A stretch of 64,000 bases of DNA, taken from positions 13,950,001-14,014,000 of the forward strand of contig OZ024765.1 of the NCBI GenBank assembly GCA_964016885.1, written 5' to 3'. Below are positions 36,122-50,567 of this stretch, one piece after another. The translations under genes were made by a program, and so were the position numbers. This DNA is from Eledone cirrhosa (taxonomy: Eukaryota). The notes below the pieces were generated by a model. The model did not search any database, was not told the origin of the DNA, and worked only from the letters and a program-made list of their open reading frames with translations. Numbering within the stretch: position 1 is the first letter of the stretch; every line of letters starts with the position of its first letter.

Positions 36122-37554
36122 CAAAACCTATAAAACAGAGTTAATATAAAACCTTTAAGGATGAAAGGCAAAGTTAATCTCGGCGGGATTTGAACTCAGA
36201 TCAGAAATATAACAGTTATATTATAACATAACTGTGTTATATTATAATATAACTGTCTTATATTATAATATAACTGTTTCAATTTTAGGCACAAGGCCAG
36301 CAATTATCCAGTACATTACTGGTACGTTATTTTATCGACCCCGTAACGATGAAAGGCAAAGTTAACCTCGGCCGGATTTGAACTCAGATCGTAAAGGGAC
36401 GTAACTATGCAGGAAAGCATGTCCGACCCTCTACCGACACTGCCAATTCACCGCCCTTCACCGCAATTCACCGCCCTATATTATAATATAACTGTGTTAT
36501 ATTATAATATTACTGTCTTATATTATAATATAGCGGTGGATTGGCAGTATCGGTAGAGAGTCGGACACCATGCTTTGAAGCATAGAGTTACGTCCCTTTA
36601 TGATCTGAGTTCAAATCCCGCCGAGGTTAACTTTGCCTTTCATCCTTACGGGGTTGATAAAATAAAGTATCAGTAATGTACTGGGTAATTGCTGGCCTTG
36701 TGGCTAAAATAGAAACAATTATAATATAACTGTGTTATATTATAATATAACGCAGTTATATTATAATATAAGACAGTTATATTATAATATAACTGTGTCA
36801 TATTTATAATTATTTCTACTTTTGGCACAAGGCCAGCAATTATCCCAGTGCATTACTGGTACTTTATTTTATCGACCCCGTAAGGATGAAAGGTAACCTC
36901 GGCGGGATTGGAACTCAGATCGGAAATATAAAAGTTATATTATAATATAACTGTGTTATATTATAATATATATATATAGTCAATTGACTTTCATCAAATC
37001 GGACTGAGGAAACAATGTTTCTGTTGGTCTTTCCAATTGTTAATACTATCTATCGGTCGCAACTTCGGGTAGAAGGAGCAATGTGAAATAAAGTGTCTTG
37101 CTCAAGGAAATAATGCATTGCCCGGTCCAGGAATTGAACTCACAACCTCATAATTGTGAATCCTATTCTCTAACCATTCAGTCATGTGCCTCATAATATA
37201 ACTGTATAAATATAATTAATTATAATATTAATTATTATTATAATTATAATAATAATAAGTAATTATATTTATTATATGTGTTTAGATTTTCATTCTGTAA
37301 GAATTATAAACAATACTGATGCATATGTGGTATATATGTGTGTGCATGTGAGTATGTGTATATGCATACATTTACATGTATGAGTATATAAATATAAATG
37401 TGCACAGACATACTTACAAACATACACACTTACTGACATACATTCACACAAATACATATACATACACATACATTCACACACAGCGTAACAAATGCAATGC
37501 CAACTGCTGTTTTGCTCACCAACAAACATCTCTCTTTTGATGATGATGATGATG

Positions 37555-37610
<56 letters not shown>

Positions 37611-39818
37611 TATATATATATTTATATCAAGAAGAAGAAGAAGAAGAAGAAGAAGAAGAAGAATGAGGAGAGGGTGTAGAATTAGAGTGGGATGGAGAGA
37701 GAGAGACAGTGGGAGAGAGAGAGAAAGAGAGGGAAAGAAATAGAAAAAAATATATATAGATAGAGAGAGAGAAATAAAGAGACACGGGAGAAGAGAGACA
37801 AATATCTTGAAGATTTCCTGTAAAGTATAACAGATGTTTTGACTTACCAAAGCTTTTTGTATTATGGAGTCTTAAGTGAAATCCTTAGATTTGTTAGTTT
37901 AGTAATTATAAGAGACTGGTATTTTGGTTAAAGTGACCTTTGTCAAGGATATATCAGAGGCTTTTGTATATTCTGTAGTGACCATGTATGGCCCAGGGGT
38001 TAAGAAATTTGTTTTAAAATCATAAGATTTTGGGGTTCAATCTTTGATAAGTTGCTATAGTTCTTCTTCTTCTTCTTCTTCTTCTTCTTCTTCTTCTTCT
38101 TCTTCTTCTTCTTCTTCTTCTTCTTCTTCTTCTTCTTCTTCTTCTTCTTCTTCTTCTTCTTCTTCTTCTTCTTTCTGGCTGGGTCATGGGGTAGAGTCCA
38201 CAAATACTCCCTCTGGGGGGTGCTGTCAGAAGCAACTGTCTCCAACTAGTCCGTCCATTAAGTGGTCGTGCTGATGACACAACAAAAAGCTCCCAGTCCA
38301 CCCTGTCAGTTGGTCATTTTGGAGCCATGATAAAAAAGCACCCAGTCCTCACTGCAAATGTGGTTGGTGTTAAGAAGGGCATCCAGATGTAGAAATCACA
38401 CCAGAAACAGTTCTATATGAGCAAGACACGGTCCCCTGATTTGATTTATCTCTCAATGTCAGGACAATTCTTCTAACCCATGCTAGCATGGATAATTGGC
38501 ATTAAACGATGATGATGATGACATACAAATGCATACATACACACATATATATACATATATTATCTTTTGTGATTTTAATAAAATGTTTATGTCTTCTTTA
38601 AATGATGACTAACTGGTATTTAATATTCCTTCATGTGTGAACATGTTCAAGGTTTAGAGATTGGCTAAATCTTTTGTGTGTCATTTCTTACAAAACTATC
38701 TAAACCTGAGATGGAAAAATGTTATTACTGTATATACTTAAATATAAGCTGACCCCACTAAATTATATCTGAGAAATAGGTAAACATTGAAACCCGTATT
38801 TGTAAGCAATGGATTATCCACCCTAAATCTGGGATTGGAAAAATAATTTCATTGGAGATATGGTATTCATCATCATCATCACCGTTTTACGTCCGTTCTT
38901 CCATGCTAGCATGGGTTAGACGGGTTGTCCTGTTGTGGGCAGTGTCTGGTCGGCTGACCATGCCTTGCTCATACAGGAACTGATTTTGGCTTGATTTCTA
39001 CAGCTGGATGCCCTTCCTAACACCAACCTCATTTACAGTGAGTGTTGGGTGCTTTTTCCGTGGCGCCTACACGTCCACTTTACAGTGTGGGCTGGGTGCT
39101 TTTTTGCCGTGGCACCTCCACGACCACCTTGCAGTGGGGGGTGTGGGGGCATATTGTCTATATACTTCAGCTTGTACCCATGGGAGGTCGAGTACTCTGT
39201 ATTACTGCATGACGCCAGAGGTCACGGCCGTGTATCATCGCCTTTGAGAGGTGTAATTGGGTAAGATCGGCTTTTATCACCTCATCGCAGGTCTTCTTGG
39301 GTCTCCCCACTCTGCGGTTTCCATTGACTTCTAGTGCTCTGCACCTTTTTATGCAGCTGTCATCCTTCATACGCATCACATGTCCATACCAACACAACCG
39401 GGTCTCCTGCACACAGCATTTGATTCCTCTTATGCTCAGTCTTTCTCTCAATTCATTTATGCTTTGTCGTTCGCGTATATTACTATTACACATCCATCAG
39501 AGCATGCAGGCTTCGTTTATTAAAAGGGTCAAACAGCTCAAAAGAATCTGTGACTTTCATACTTTTCAGGGTCACTGAACCTTGCAGGAGGGAGGTAGGG
39601 TAGGTAGGAAGGTTCAAATTAGAGACATAACACAAATTCTTGCAAAAGAGTAGACTCTGCTTAAAGGATCCCAGAGATATGTTGGTGGGGGTGTTAATCT
39701 TGGCAATGGCTTAAGTCCACCTGACACCTAGGCAGTAAATATCAACAACACATTGTTGTCCCTGGGTCTAATCCTATCAATAAGGTGTTAATCCTATTAA
39801 AATAAAAATATCTGTTGC

Positions 39819-39856
39819 TATATAAACCCCTGAGACATATCAAAGACACATCAGTT
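39819..39856 (+). promoter_or_regulatory. TATA + Initiator core promoter of secreted peptide gene, copy B
   Basis: Same TATATAAA and TCAGTT arrangement as copy A, offset 18503 nt. Confidence 0.7.
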
Positions 39857-39885
39857 TATTCCAACAGAAGTTAAACTACGAAGCC

Positions 39886-39937
39886 ATGCTGAAATATTTT
39901 GCTATATTCTGCTTCTTTCTTGCAGCCCTGTCATCAG
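39886..39937 (+). CDS. Secreted Cys-rich peptide gene B, exon 1 (signal peptide, identical to copy A)
   Basis: Nucleotide-identical to 21383-21434, same GTAAGA donor. Confidence 0.85.
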
Positions 39938-41298
39938 GTAAGAATATACCAAGCAATTTACAGTTCTTATATTCTATAATTCTTTTATTCCATCTTATAT
40001 TCTGCTTCTGTATTACAGCCTTCTCACATCAGGTAAAAATGCATCAAAGAATTCACAAATCTTGTATTCTGTGATTTTTTTTATTACATCTTATATTCTG
40101 TGATTCTTTTATTCCATCATACCATTATTCCATTATTCTATTACTCTTTATTAATCCATTTGTTACCATATTTCTAATGAAAGACACTGCTAATGATTCA
40201 GTAATATAACTAACTTTCTCATTAAGTTAGTATTTGGAACATACCTTAACAAAAGTTCTTCCATAAAATTATGATGGAAGGATTTTAACCCATTTGTTAC
40301 CACATTTCTAATGAAAAATACTGCCTTTGGTTTTCATATGATTTTGAAAATAATGAAGAACTTGAAGGGATTTTGTAATATAACCAACATTCTCAGTATT
40401 AATCTGGAGTAGCTGATGCAGCAAGTGTCGCTGGCCATTGTCCACAGAAATACTTTGGCCATTTTGTCCACGGCGAGCAGCTAAAACACTGCTCTTACCA
40501 CTTGACTGTTTATAATAGACAAACACTTTCTGTAGTTTAAGTATGTAATATCTGACCAATAAAATGACAAGTCAGTCAATCATATTGGTGGCCTCCCCAG
40601 AGCCCTGGTGGACAGAATGGAGAAGGAGTTTCCCTGGAGGACGGCAAGGGAGACATTCTGTATATGTATACGAACGCCTCCGTATGTGTGCGTGCGTACG
40701 TATATATATGTGTGTGTATGTGTGTTTTTATGGGTATGTTTTTTTTATATCTATATTTTTTACTTACTTATTTATATGTGTGTGTGTATGCGGGTGAATG
40801 TATGTGTATGTGTATATTTATGTGTGTATATGGATATGTATGGGTGTGTATGTATATATGTATATTACCCAATTACACCTCTCAAAGGCGATGACACACA
40901 ACCGTGACCTCTGGCGTCACGCAGTAATACAGAGTACTCGACCTCCCATGGGTACAAGCTGAAGCATATAGACAATATGCCCCCACACCCCCCACTGCAA
41001 GGTGGTTGTGGAGGTGCCATGGCAAAAAAGCACCCAGCCCACACTGTAAAGTGGACGTGTAGGCGCCACGGAAAAAGCACCCAACACTCACTGTAAATGA
41101 GGTTGGTGTTAGGAAGGGCATCCAGCTGTAGAAATCAAGCCAAATCAGTTCCTGTATGAGCAAGGCATGGTCAGCCGACCAGACACTGCCCACAACAGGA
41201 CAACCCGTCTAACCCATGCTAGCATGGAAGAACGGACGTAAAATGGTGATGATGATGTATATAGTTGCGTATGTACATGTGATTAGATATACATGTGG

Positions 41299-41346
<48 letters not shown>

Positions 41347-41972
41347 GCCTCATGTATATGTATGTACGCATGCATGCGCTTTTGTCTGTACGTATTTGTG
41401 TGTATAAATATTTTTTTTTATATATATATGTGTATGTACGTGCGTACCTATGTTTGTTTTCTCTTCTCTAGTGTTAATTGATTACTTTCTCTTTGATTTA
41501 AAAAATATTTTTTCATTCTCATATATTGTTTCATTTTTATACATATATCGAGAATGATACTTCTTTTTACTATTACACTCCCTTCCCTCTTTATCTTCCG
41601 CATATAAGTGACCGCGTGTGTGTGTGTATTTATACGCGTGCTTTCATACTCATATGTGTATTTAATACCTGTATCTGGATGCGTGTCAACTATATTATCA
41701 TACAATTTCTTTTTCAACTCATATTATATACGTATTTGTGGTCACATATACACAAATATACTTGCCCTCATATATGTACTTATGCACACATTTTCACCAT
41801 ACACATGCATTTGTGCATACACACATATGTACATTTGTGAGTGTATATACATACATATATACATACCCTAACTATATTTCCTTATTTTTTTATATATCTC
41901 TTGCATTACATTTATTTATATATTTTTTGCATTTCTTGAAGAGACTTTTCCAATATTTCACTTTATTTTAAA

Positions 41973-42046
41973 TTGCCTTGTCCGACGAACGAATGAGGAC
42001 GTTTTTCGTATTCGTCTTATTCGGGAAACCTCTGGTAATGAGGTAA
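41973..42046 (+). ncRNA. Hammerhead motif with U4C core variant, intron 1 of gene B
   Basis: Identical to 23215-23288. Confidence 0.6.
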
Positions 42047-42069
42047 TAATATTATATTATTTATTATAC

Positions 42070-42114
<45 letters not shown>

Positions 42115-42117
42115 TTA

Positions 42118-42148
<31 letters not shown>

Positions 42149-42555
42149 GGTGGCTGCCAACTCGTTTTCTAGTACGGCCACTACTTTATATCCATGTAGG
42201 AGAACCCCTACCGATGCGCTGAACAAGTGTGGCTTTTTAGTCCAGCCAGCGACTTGAAAACTCTGGTACAAACACTACACTTGTGACAATTATTGACACA
42301 TAATGCTAGGCCCATGGTACCATGTGACGACAAGTGCAGAGAGATCTCCAGATATAAAGCAATGCCTGTGCCGTGAAGCTTTTATAGTGAGCAAAGGCAA
42401 TGCACAAAGCCAGTCCCACTCTCTTAACCAAGATGATATTTACCAAAAAGAAGAACAAGTCAACATCATTGGATACCATCAGGGTTGCAGGTGTTATATC
42501 AGAGTTTTCCTTCTAGAATTCTGCCTTGACAAAGGCTAAGGGGTCATCTCTCCCG

Positions 42556-42607
<52 letters not shown>

Positions 42608-43869
42608 CTATATAGTTATAGTAAGGGCTTAACTGAACAGGGAAGTGTGAACCAAATAATGATCTCTCTGTTGTGAAGGAAGCGCTCAAAAGGAAGCGCT
42701 CAATGACCTGTATAAAGGTGCAAGCTGAAGCATAATATATCAATAAAAAAAAATCCAAGGAGGCCATATTAATTTGATAATGGGTTTTAAACCCAGAATT
42801 ATTTGAAATAATTAAATTTTCTAAGGTAAAATTCTATCGTTTTCTTAGCACCTTTAATCTTCTATGCATTGTATGGCTTTTAAACTTATTCAAATTTATA
42901 TCATCATCATTATCATCATCACCTTTTTATGTCGGTGTCTCCATGCTAGCATGGGTTAGACGAGTTGTCCTGTTGTGGGCAATGCCAGGTCAGGTGACCT
43001 CGTCTTGCTCATACGGGAATTGATTTGGGCCTGATTTCTACAGCTGGATGTCCTTCCTAACACCAACCTCATTTATGGTGAGTACTGGGTGATTTTTTTT
43101 ACCATGCAACCAACATGACCATTTTACAGCGTGGACTGGGTACTTTTTGTCATGACACCTACATGACCACTTTGCAGTGGGATGGGGTGGGCTTATACTT
43201 GTACCCATGGGAAGTCGGGTCTTCTGTATTACTGTGTGACGCCAGAGGTCTCGGTCCTGTGTCATCACTTTTGAGAGGTGCAATTGGGCAAGGTCAGCTT
43301 TTAGCACCTCGTCCCAGGTCTTCTTGGGTCTGTAATAACCAAATCGTCTGTAATAGCCAAATCGCAACACATATACACACACAGTTCTAACGAATCTCAG
43401 AATGCTGGGAACACACACACACAATCATAACAACCAATGTGTGTAGCCAATTTGCTATACATATAGACGCACACAGATGTAGCAAATATTTGACACTACC
43501 ACCCCCTCCTTTCTCAGTTTGTCATCACCCCTTCCTTCCTCAGTCATCTCTTGTGACGGACAAATACACAAGCGTATGGTGGATTGGCCGGTAGAGAGTT
43601 AGACACCATGCTTGGCGGCATAGAGTTATGGCCCTTTACATTCCGAGTTCAAATCCCACTGAAGTTAACTTTGCCTTACGGGGTCGATAAAATAAAGTAC
43701 CAGTAATGTACTGGGATAATTGCTGGCCTTGTGCCAAAAGTAGAAACAATTATATATTACGATATTTTTATTACTTTTCTTTGTTTTAATTGTTTTTATT
43801 GATAATATTTTGAATGTTTAAAATTGTATTCAAGTCTTTTAAAAAATAATTTTTAATGTCTTCTTTTAG

Positions 43870-44016
43870 TTGCAGGTCAAATCCCGCCTAATGGATGTAT
43901 ACATGGCAACCGGTTCTATAGATTAGGACAAAGGTTCCGCGACGAATGTTCCCAGTGTATTTGTCAATTACACGGCAATGTTAAATGTGATAGAACCTGC
44001 CACTTTCAAACAACTA
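43870..44016 (+). CDS. Secreted Cys-rich peptide gene B, exon 2 (VAGQIPPNGCIHGNRFYRLGQRFRDECSQCICQLHGNVKCDRTCHFQTT)
   Basis: Same splice sites and 6-Cys frame as copy A, with 6 amino-acid replacements. Confidence 0.85.
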
Positions 44017-45713
44017 GTAATTTCATTTTTCATATATTTTATATATGTCATTGTCATTGCTTTTCATCATCATTATTGTTTTTACCTCTGTTTTTCTACA
44101 CCTGCATGGGTTGGACGAGTCCTTCTCAAAACATTATCTCTCCACTCTCTGCGTTTCTTCATAATAATAATAATGAAATGATTGTGTACAGTGCTCAACT
44201 GCATTACAGCTCATCAAAGGTGCATCTATAGTACATAGAATAATGTACAAATGTCAGGGAAGTGAATAGTGTGTGAGTCATGATATACATGTGTACATGT
44301 GTAAGGAGGGGGAATATTAGGTGTAGCGTTGGCGAATCTCAGGAAGCATGGAGGTGTTAAAGGATGCAGTGTCTCGACAGCTAACAACTGATGCAGGTAG
44401 TTTGTTCCATGGAGGTTTTAAAGGATGCAGTGTCTCGACAGCTAACAACTGATGCAGGTAGTTTGTTCCATGGAGGTGTTAAAGGATGCAGTGTCTCGAC
44501 AGCTAACAACTGATGCAGGTAGTTTGTTCCATGGAGGTGTTAAAGGATGCAGTGTCTCGACAGCTAACAACTGATGCAGGTAGTTTGTTCCATGGAGGTT
44601 TTAAAGGATGCAGTGTCTCGACAGCTAACAACTGATGCAGGTAGTTTGTTCCATGGAGGTTTTAAACGATGCAGTGTCTCGACAGCTAACAACTGATGCA
44701 GGTAGTTTGTTCCATGGAGGTGTTAAAGGATGCAGTGTCTCGACAGCTAACAACTGATGCAGGTAGTTTGTTCCATGCTTCAGCAACTCTGAGTTTGAAA
44801 AAATGTTTCCGAAAGTCATGGGATCTGTGCTGTTTTCTGACTTTGTTGGGCATGCCAACGTGTGTTAGACACATGGAAATCAAAAAGATACTTAGAGTTG
44901 TTGTTGGCAAGATGGTTAATAATGTTGTGGTTGTTTACCAAGTCAGTTGCCAGACATCGGAGCTTCAATGTATCCATGCCCAGAGAAGCAATGTGTTCAG
45001 AGTATGTGGGTCTCAGCGATTTGAGGTCACCTCTCTCCAACTGTGCCCCGGTCTTTCTCCCTCTACTTCAACTCTGGCTTCCTTCCACTGGCATTTCCAG
45101 TTACTTCTTCATCCAGGGCATCACATTGCTGGCCTTGTACCTAATGTAGAAACAATTATTAATGAAATCCCGCCGAGGTTGACTTTGCCTTTCATCCTTA
45201 TGGGGTCGATAAAATAAAATACCACTAATGCACTGGGTAATTGCTGGCCTTGTGCCTACAGTAGAAACAATTATTATGCCGATATATCATAAAGTAGGTA
45301 GTGATGGCAAGGCATCCAGCCATAAAGATCTTGCCAAACAAAGGGTTGGGAGGACTCTTTAGTTATCTTAAGGACATGGCAGCCTCCCGAGTGCTGTTGA
45401 TCTACACAATAAAAGCACCCAGTACATTCTGTAAAGTGGTTGGTGTTAGGAAGAGTATCCAGCCATAGAAAGCTTGACAAACAAGGGGTTAGGAGGATCC
45501 TTCAGTTTGTGTCAAAAGACACAACAAATTCTCCTCTATTTTCGATAATGACCTGTCTGTATATATCTCGTTTGGCGATGATCTGGGATTTGACATCTGT
45601 GATTTGCTGATTAATGGCGAAATATATTTCTTTAATGAAATATAAATTTTAATGTGTTTCCTATGAGTGTTTACACTCTTTACAAATTATCCCCTGTGAT
45701 TGTTTGATGTGTT

Positions 45714-45764
<51 letters not shown>

Positions 45765-46594
45765 GGTATGTGTGTGTGTGTGTGTCAGTCAATTTTCAAT
45801 TTAATGCTAATAAATGCTCAGATTTATCCCTTAGAATCTTTGATCTTATTCTACAGGTGGTATGGCGCATGTTTCTCAGACATGCCATCCCTAATTTAGT
45901 TTTGGTTATATATATCAAAAGTATATATTGAGTAAGGAACTCAGAATAGTCCCTTACAATTAAAATATCTCAAAGAAAACATTTTCTGAGCCTTATAATA
46001 TAATTTAATATAATAAAGAAAGATAAACACATATATATGTGTTTAAATCATAAGGGACCTAAATCGCTAGGGTGAATCAGATTCTATGAACAATACGGTT
46101 TGCCAGACTCAATTAAAAGAATACATTAAGAAATAGTACAAACCGAATCATGATAACTATCAAACATCCAGACAGTCTTTGGAGGCAAGATTGGTCAGGT
46201 GACCGTGTCTCGCTCATATAGGACTATCTGGCAGGTTTTCTACGGTTGGATGCCCTTCCTATCACCAACCACATTTACAGTGTGGACTGGTAGCTTATTA
46301 GCGTGTTACCTACATGGCGATATTACAGTGTGGGCTGTTGTATCATCGACACAGTGGACGGAACGGGCAAGGGAGGGTGGGGTAGAGTGTGGCGGTGGGG
46401 TGTACATTGAATTAAGAGGTGCCTACTGACTGTTGGCTTGGATGCAATGGTAGTCGGGGCTTCTGTACAACTGCATGGTGCCAAAGGTCTTGATCCAGTG
46501 TCATAATATATATATAATATATAGTCATAATAATAAATGTGAAGACTAGAAAGCAGCGATTCTTTGCTTAAACTTTAATCTGTTATTTTAATAA

Positions 46595-46648
<54 letters not shown>

Positions 46649-46782
46649 ACGAAAGTGGGGGGGGGAGAGAAAGGGAGAGAGTAAACAAAGAAAAATTAAG
46701 AACAAATCAATTATTAAGATTCTAGACTTCATTTGCTTACTGAGTTGGGTGGAGATCATGAAATCAGATCAAAGAAACAATG

Positions 46783-47790
46783 GGTTATATGTATTCCTCT
46801 GTGTCTATGGTGGTGAGTAGGGAGGTAGCCCTAGGGCCAACCCGGTTGTACGCTTGGCAGTGGAGACTTCTGGTGTGCTCAGCCCTAGGGCTACCTCCCT
46901 ACTCACCACCATAGGCACTGAGCTGGCTAACCCTAGCAGTGGAGAATTCTGGTGTACTCGGCCCTAGGGTACCTCCCTACTCACCACCATAATCACTGAG
47001 CTGGCTAAACCTAGCAGTGGAGACTTCTGGTGTACTCGGCCCTAGGGCTATCTCCCTACTCACCACCATAGGCACTGAGCTGGCTAACCCTAGCAGTGGA
47101 GACTTCTGGTGTACTCGGCCCTAGGGCTATCTCCCTACTCACCACCATAGGAACTGAGCTGGCTAATCCTAGCAGTGGAGACTTCTGGTATCCTCGGTCC
47201 TAGGGCTACTTCGCTACTCACCACCATAGGCGCTGAGCTGGCCAGCCGCAAGTGTGGGCCTCGCGAGCTGGAATGGCTTTTCCAGAGTGTCTCCCTTGCC
47301 ATCCTCCGGAGAAACTTCTTCGCCATTCTGTCCACCGGGGCTGTGGGGAGGCCACCAATATGATTGACTGACTTGTCATTTTATCAGTCAGATGTTAATT
47401 ATGATTCATTCTGTCCTTAGGGCATCAACATATGTTAACCTCGGTCTTCATCTTCCAGTGTGTCCATGCAGGGGCTCCCACAGGAACACTGAGAGCAGTG
47501 TCAACTCTGGATGTCGGTGAGCATGTCCAGCTAACCTCAGTCTCCTCTGTGTCACTTTTGAGCTGACTTTTGGGAGGCTCCCGTACAGCTCTGAGTTCTT
47601 CATCCTTAATGTTCAGAGTCATCCTCAGCATTCTCGTGTAGCACCCATCCACCATCTGAGTGAGTTTCTTGGTCAGTGTCCAAGTCTCAGACTCATACAG
47701 CAGCACAGACTCAGATGTCGGTGAACATGTCCAACTAACCTCAGTCTCTTCTGTGTCAGTTTCGAGCTGACTTTTGGGCGAGGCGAGGGA
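46783..47790. mobile_element. B-only composite insertion: CRE/RLE-type retrotransposon 3' end with 79-bp tandem repeats plus RTE fragment
   Basis: AVETSGILGPRATSLLTTIGAELASRKCGPRELEWLFQSVSLAILRRNFFAIL resembles the C-terminus of RLE-encoding CRE elements. ESVLLYESETWTLT...CYTRMLRM (minus) is RTE-like. Confidence 0.65.
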
Positions 47791-48118
47791 GACGGAGAGA
47801 GAACAAAGAAAAATTAAGAACAAATCATTTATTAAGATTCTAGACTTCATTTGCTTACTGAGTTGGGTGGAGATCATGAAATCAGATCAAAGAAACAATG
47901 CTTTACATGTTTTTCTCTTGTCTTTAAATGTAGACTGCTTTAATATGGATGGTAGATATAAACTTGGATACAAGTTTACCTTTAGGAATGCCAAGTGTTA
48001 CTGCTCCAAGCATAGGTTACTTGTTTGCAATTATAGAATGAGTAAGTTTATTTATTGATCTATTCCTTCTTCTTCTTCTTCTTCTTCTTCTTCTTCTTCT
48101 TCTTCTTCTTCTTTGCCT

Positions 48119-48150
<32 letters not shown>

Positions 48151-49050
48151 TTCTTCTTCTTCTTCTTCTTCTTCTTCTTTGCCTTTTTCTTCTTCTTCTT
48201 CTTCTTCTTCTTCTTCTTCTTCTTCTTCTTTGCCTTCTTTTTATTCTTGACTGTTGTAAAGAGTTGAATGAGATGTTTGGGTCATGTGATGAGGGAAGTT
48301 AAAAGGGTCTGTGTGAGAGGAATAAAGCCAGTGATGACTGTTGTAGAGAGTTGAATGAGATGTTTGGGTCATGTGATGAGGAAAGTTAAAAGGGTCTGTG
48401 TGAGAGGAATAAAGCCAGTGATGACTGTTGTAAAGAGTTGAATGAGATGTTTGGGTCATGTGATGAGGAAAGTTAAAAGGGTCTGTGTGAGAGGAATAAA
48501 GCCAGTGATGACTGTTGTAAAGAGTTGAATGAGATGTTTGGGTCATGTGATGAGGAAAGTTAAAAGGGTCTGTGTGAGAGGAATAAAGCCAGTGATGACT
48601 GTTGTAAAGAGTTGAATGAGATGTTTGGGTCATGTGATGAGGAAAGTTGAAAGGGTCTGTGTGAGAGGAATAAAGCCAGTGATGACTGTTGTAAAGGGAA
48701 ATTGAATGAGATGTTTGGGTCATGTGTTGAGGGAAGTTGAAATTTTCGTTTTTTGTTAAAATCAAATATATCATATATACTATATTTTCTTTGACGGCAG
48801 GGTGTTCTGTAGGCATAGAGGCACCCCAAGGAGATCACTGCCATTGTATCAACCGTAGGCAGCTTCAGTGCTCCTATTTTGCCAGTAAGTATGGTTGTTA
48901 ATCAACGCCTTCTTCTTCATCATCATTATCGTCATTTTCATTGTTGGCATTGTTGTCTTCTTCTTCTTCTTCTTCTTCTTCTTCTTCTTCTTCTTCTTCT
49001 TCTTCTTCTTCTCCTCCTCCTCCTCCTCCTCCTCCTCCTCCTCCTCCTCT

Positions 49051-49096
<46 letters not shown>

Positions 49097-50541
49097 CTAC
49101 CATCATCATCATCCTCATCATGATTATCATCATTACCATCACCACTAGCATGGAAAATGGCATTAGGAAGGGCATCTAGCCATAGAAACCAAACCAGAAA
49201 CAGTTCTGTATGAACAAGACATGGTCACCTGATCTGACTTGTCTCACAATGGGAAAACTCGTCTAACCCATGCTAGCGTGGAAAAATGGACGTTAAATAG
49301 TGAAGATGATGATGATGATGATGCACGCATGTACATACAGTGAAATTCTGTTATAATGAAATTTTACAGGGTATAAAAAAAATTTGTTGTAATGAAAAAT
49401 CTTTTATAACGATATTGACCTAACACATCGAGTGTGTGGCCGGGGATTGTAAAAATTTGTTATACTGAAAAATTTGTTATAATGGTATTTGTTATAACGG
49501 AATTTTACATATTATCTTTTCTAAAGTATTGGAGTAATTGCTGGCCTTGTGCTAAAAGTAGAAACAATTATATATAAACTGCATTAGGAAAAAATTAGTG
49601 ACGGAAATATATGAATGTTTATTTAAGCGATCGCTAACCGGAAGTGTTGACAATTGAAAATTTTAAAGAAGTGAATCTTTAAATAAACAATAAAATATAT
49701 TTAATCAACAGCTACGAAATTTAGTAGATAAATTATGTAATATTCATTCATTATTTATTCAAAGTGATCCAACTTATTTTACGAAGAGGATAAAAAATTA
49801 TAAACCGTACACAGTCCCGCACTCCTTACTTTATTACAGTTTAGATTTCCCGTATTGTTTAAAAGATGAAATACTATTCTAGTTATGTAGATATTTTACA
49901 TTTCATGTATAAACATGTGCAAGATTTAGAAATTGGCTAAATCTTTTGTGTCTATCAAATGGGAAAATTCATCTAATCCATGCTAACGTGGAAAAATTGA
50001 CATTCACTCTTTAGCATTTACATTACTCTATATTTACTATTGTATTTTCATGGTAAAGGCTTTATCTTACATAATTATCTCACATAATGTCGAAGTTATA
50101 ACATTTTGATATTTATTTTAACATAAGTTTGAGCGGCCAGTTATGGTGATTTTGTACAGAAAGAGGTGGGAGAATTCTGGCCAGATATGGCTGGTTTAAC
50201 CCTTTAGCATTTACATTACTGTATATATATACTGTTGTTTCTCACATACTTATCTCACATAGTATTGAATCTATGAGATTTTGATATTATTTATTTTGAC
50301 AGAAGTATGAGTGACTGTTCATGGCCAGTTTGTACAGAAAGAGGTAACAGACTTCTGGCCGGATACAGCCGGTTTAAATGCTAAAGGGTTAAATAATGAT
50401 GATAATGATGATGATGATGATGATGCTAATGATAATGATATTCCCACTATAAACCACATTCTTATTTTATATATACCACCATCTAATGTTGATTTAAATC
50501 CTTCTCTTTTTTATTTACTGCGATCTACCAACAATCACCAG

Positions 50542-50567
50542 GTTTAATCCAAAGACTTGAAGCCTAA
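50542..50567 (+). CDS. Probable terminal coding exon 3 of gene B (S-LIQRLEA-stop); total precursor 74 aa
   Basis: Homologous acceptor cag|gtttaatcc and homologous TAA, with AATAAA near 50771. Confidence 0.55.
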
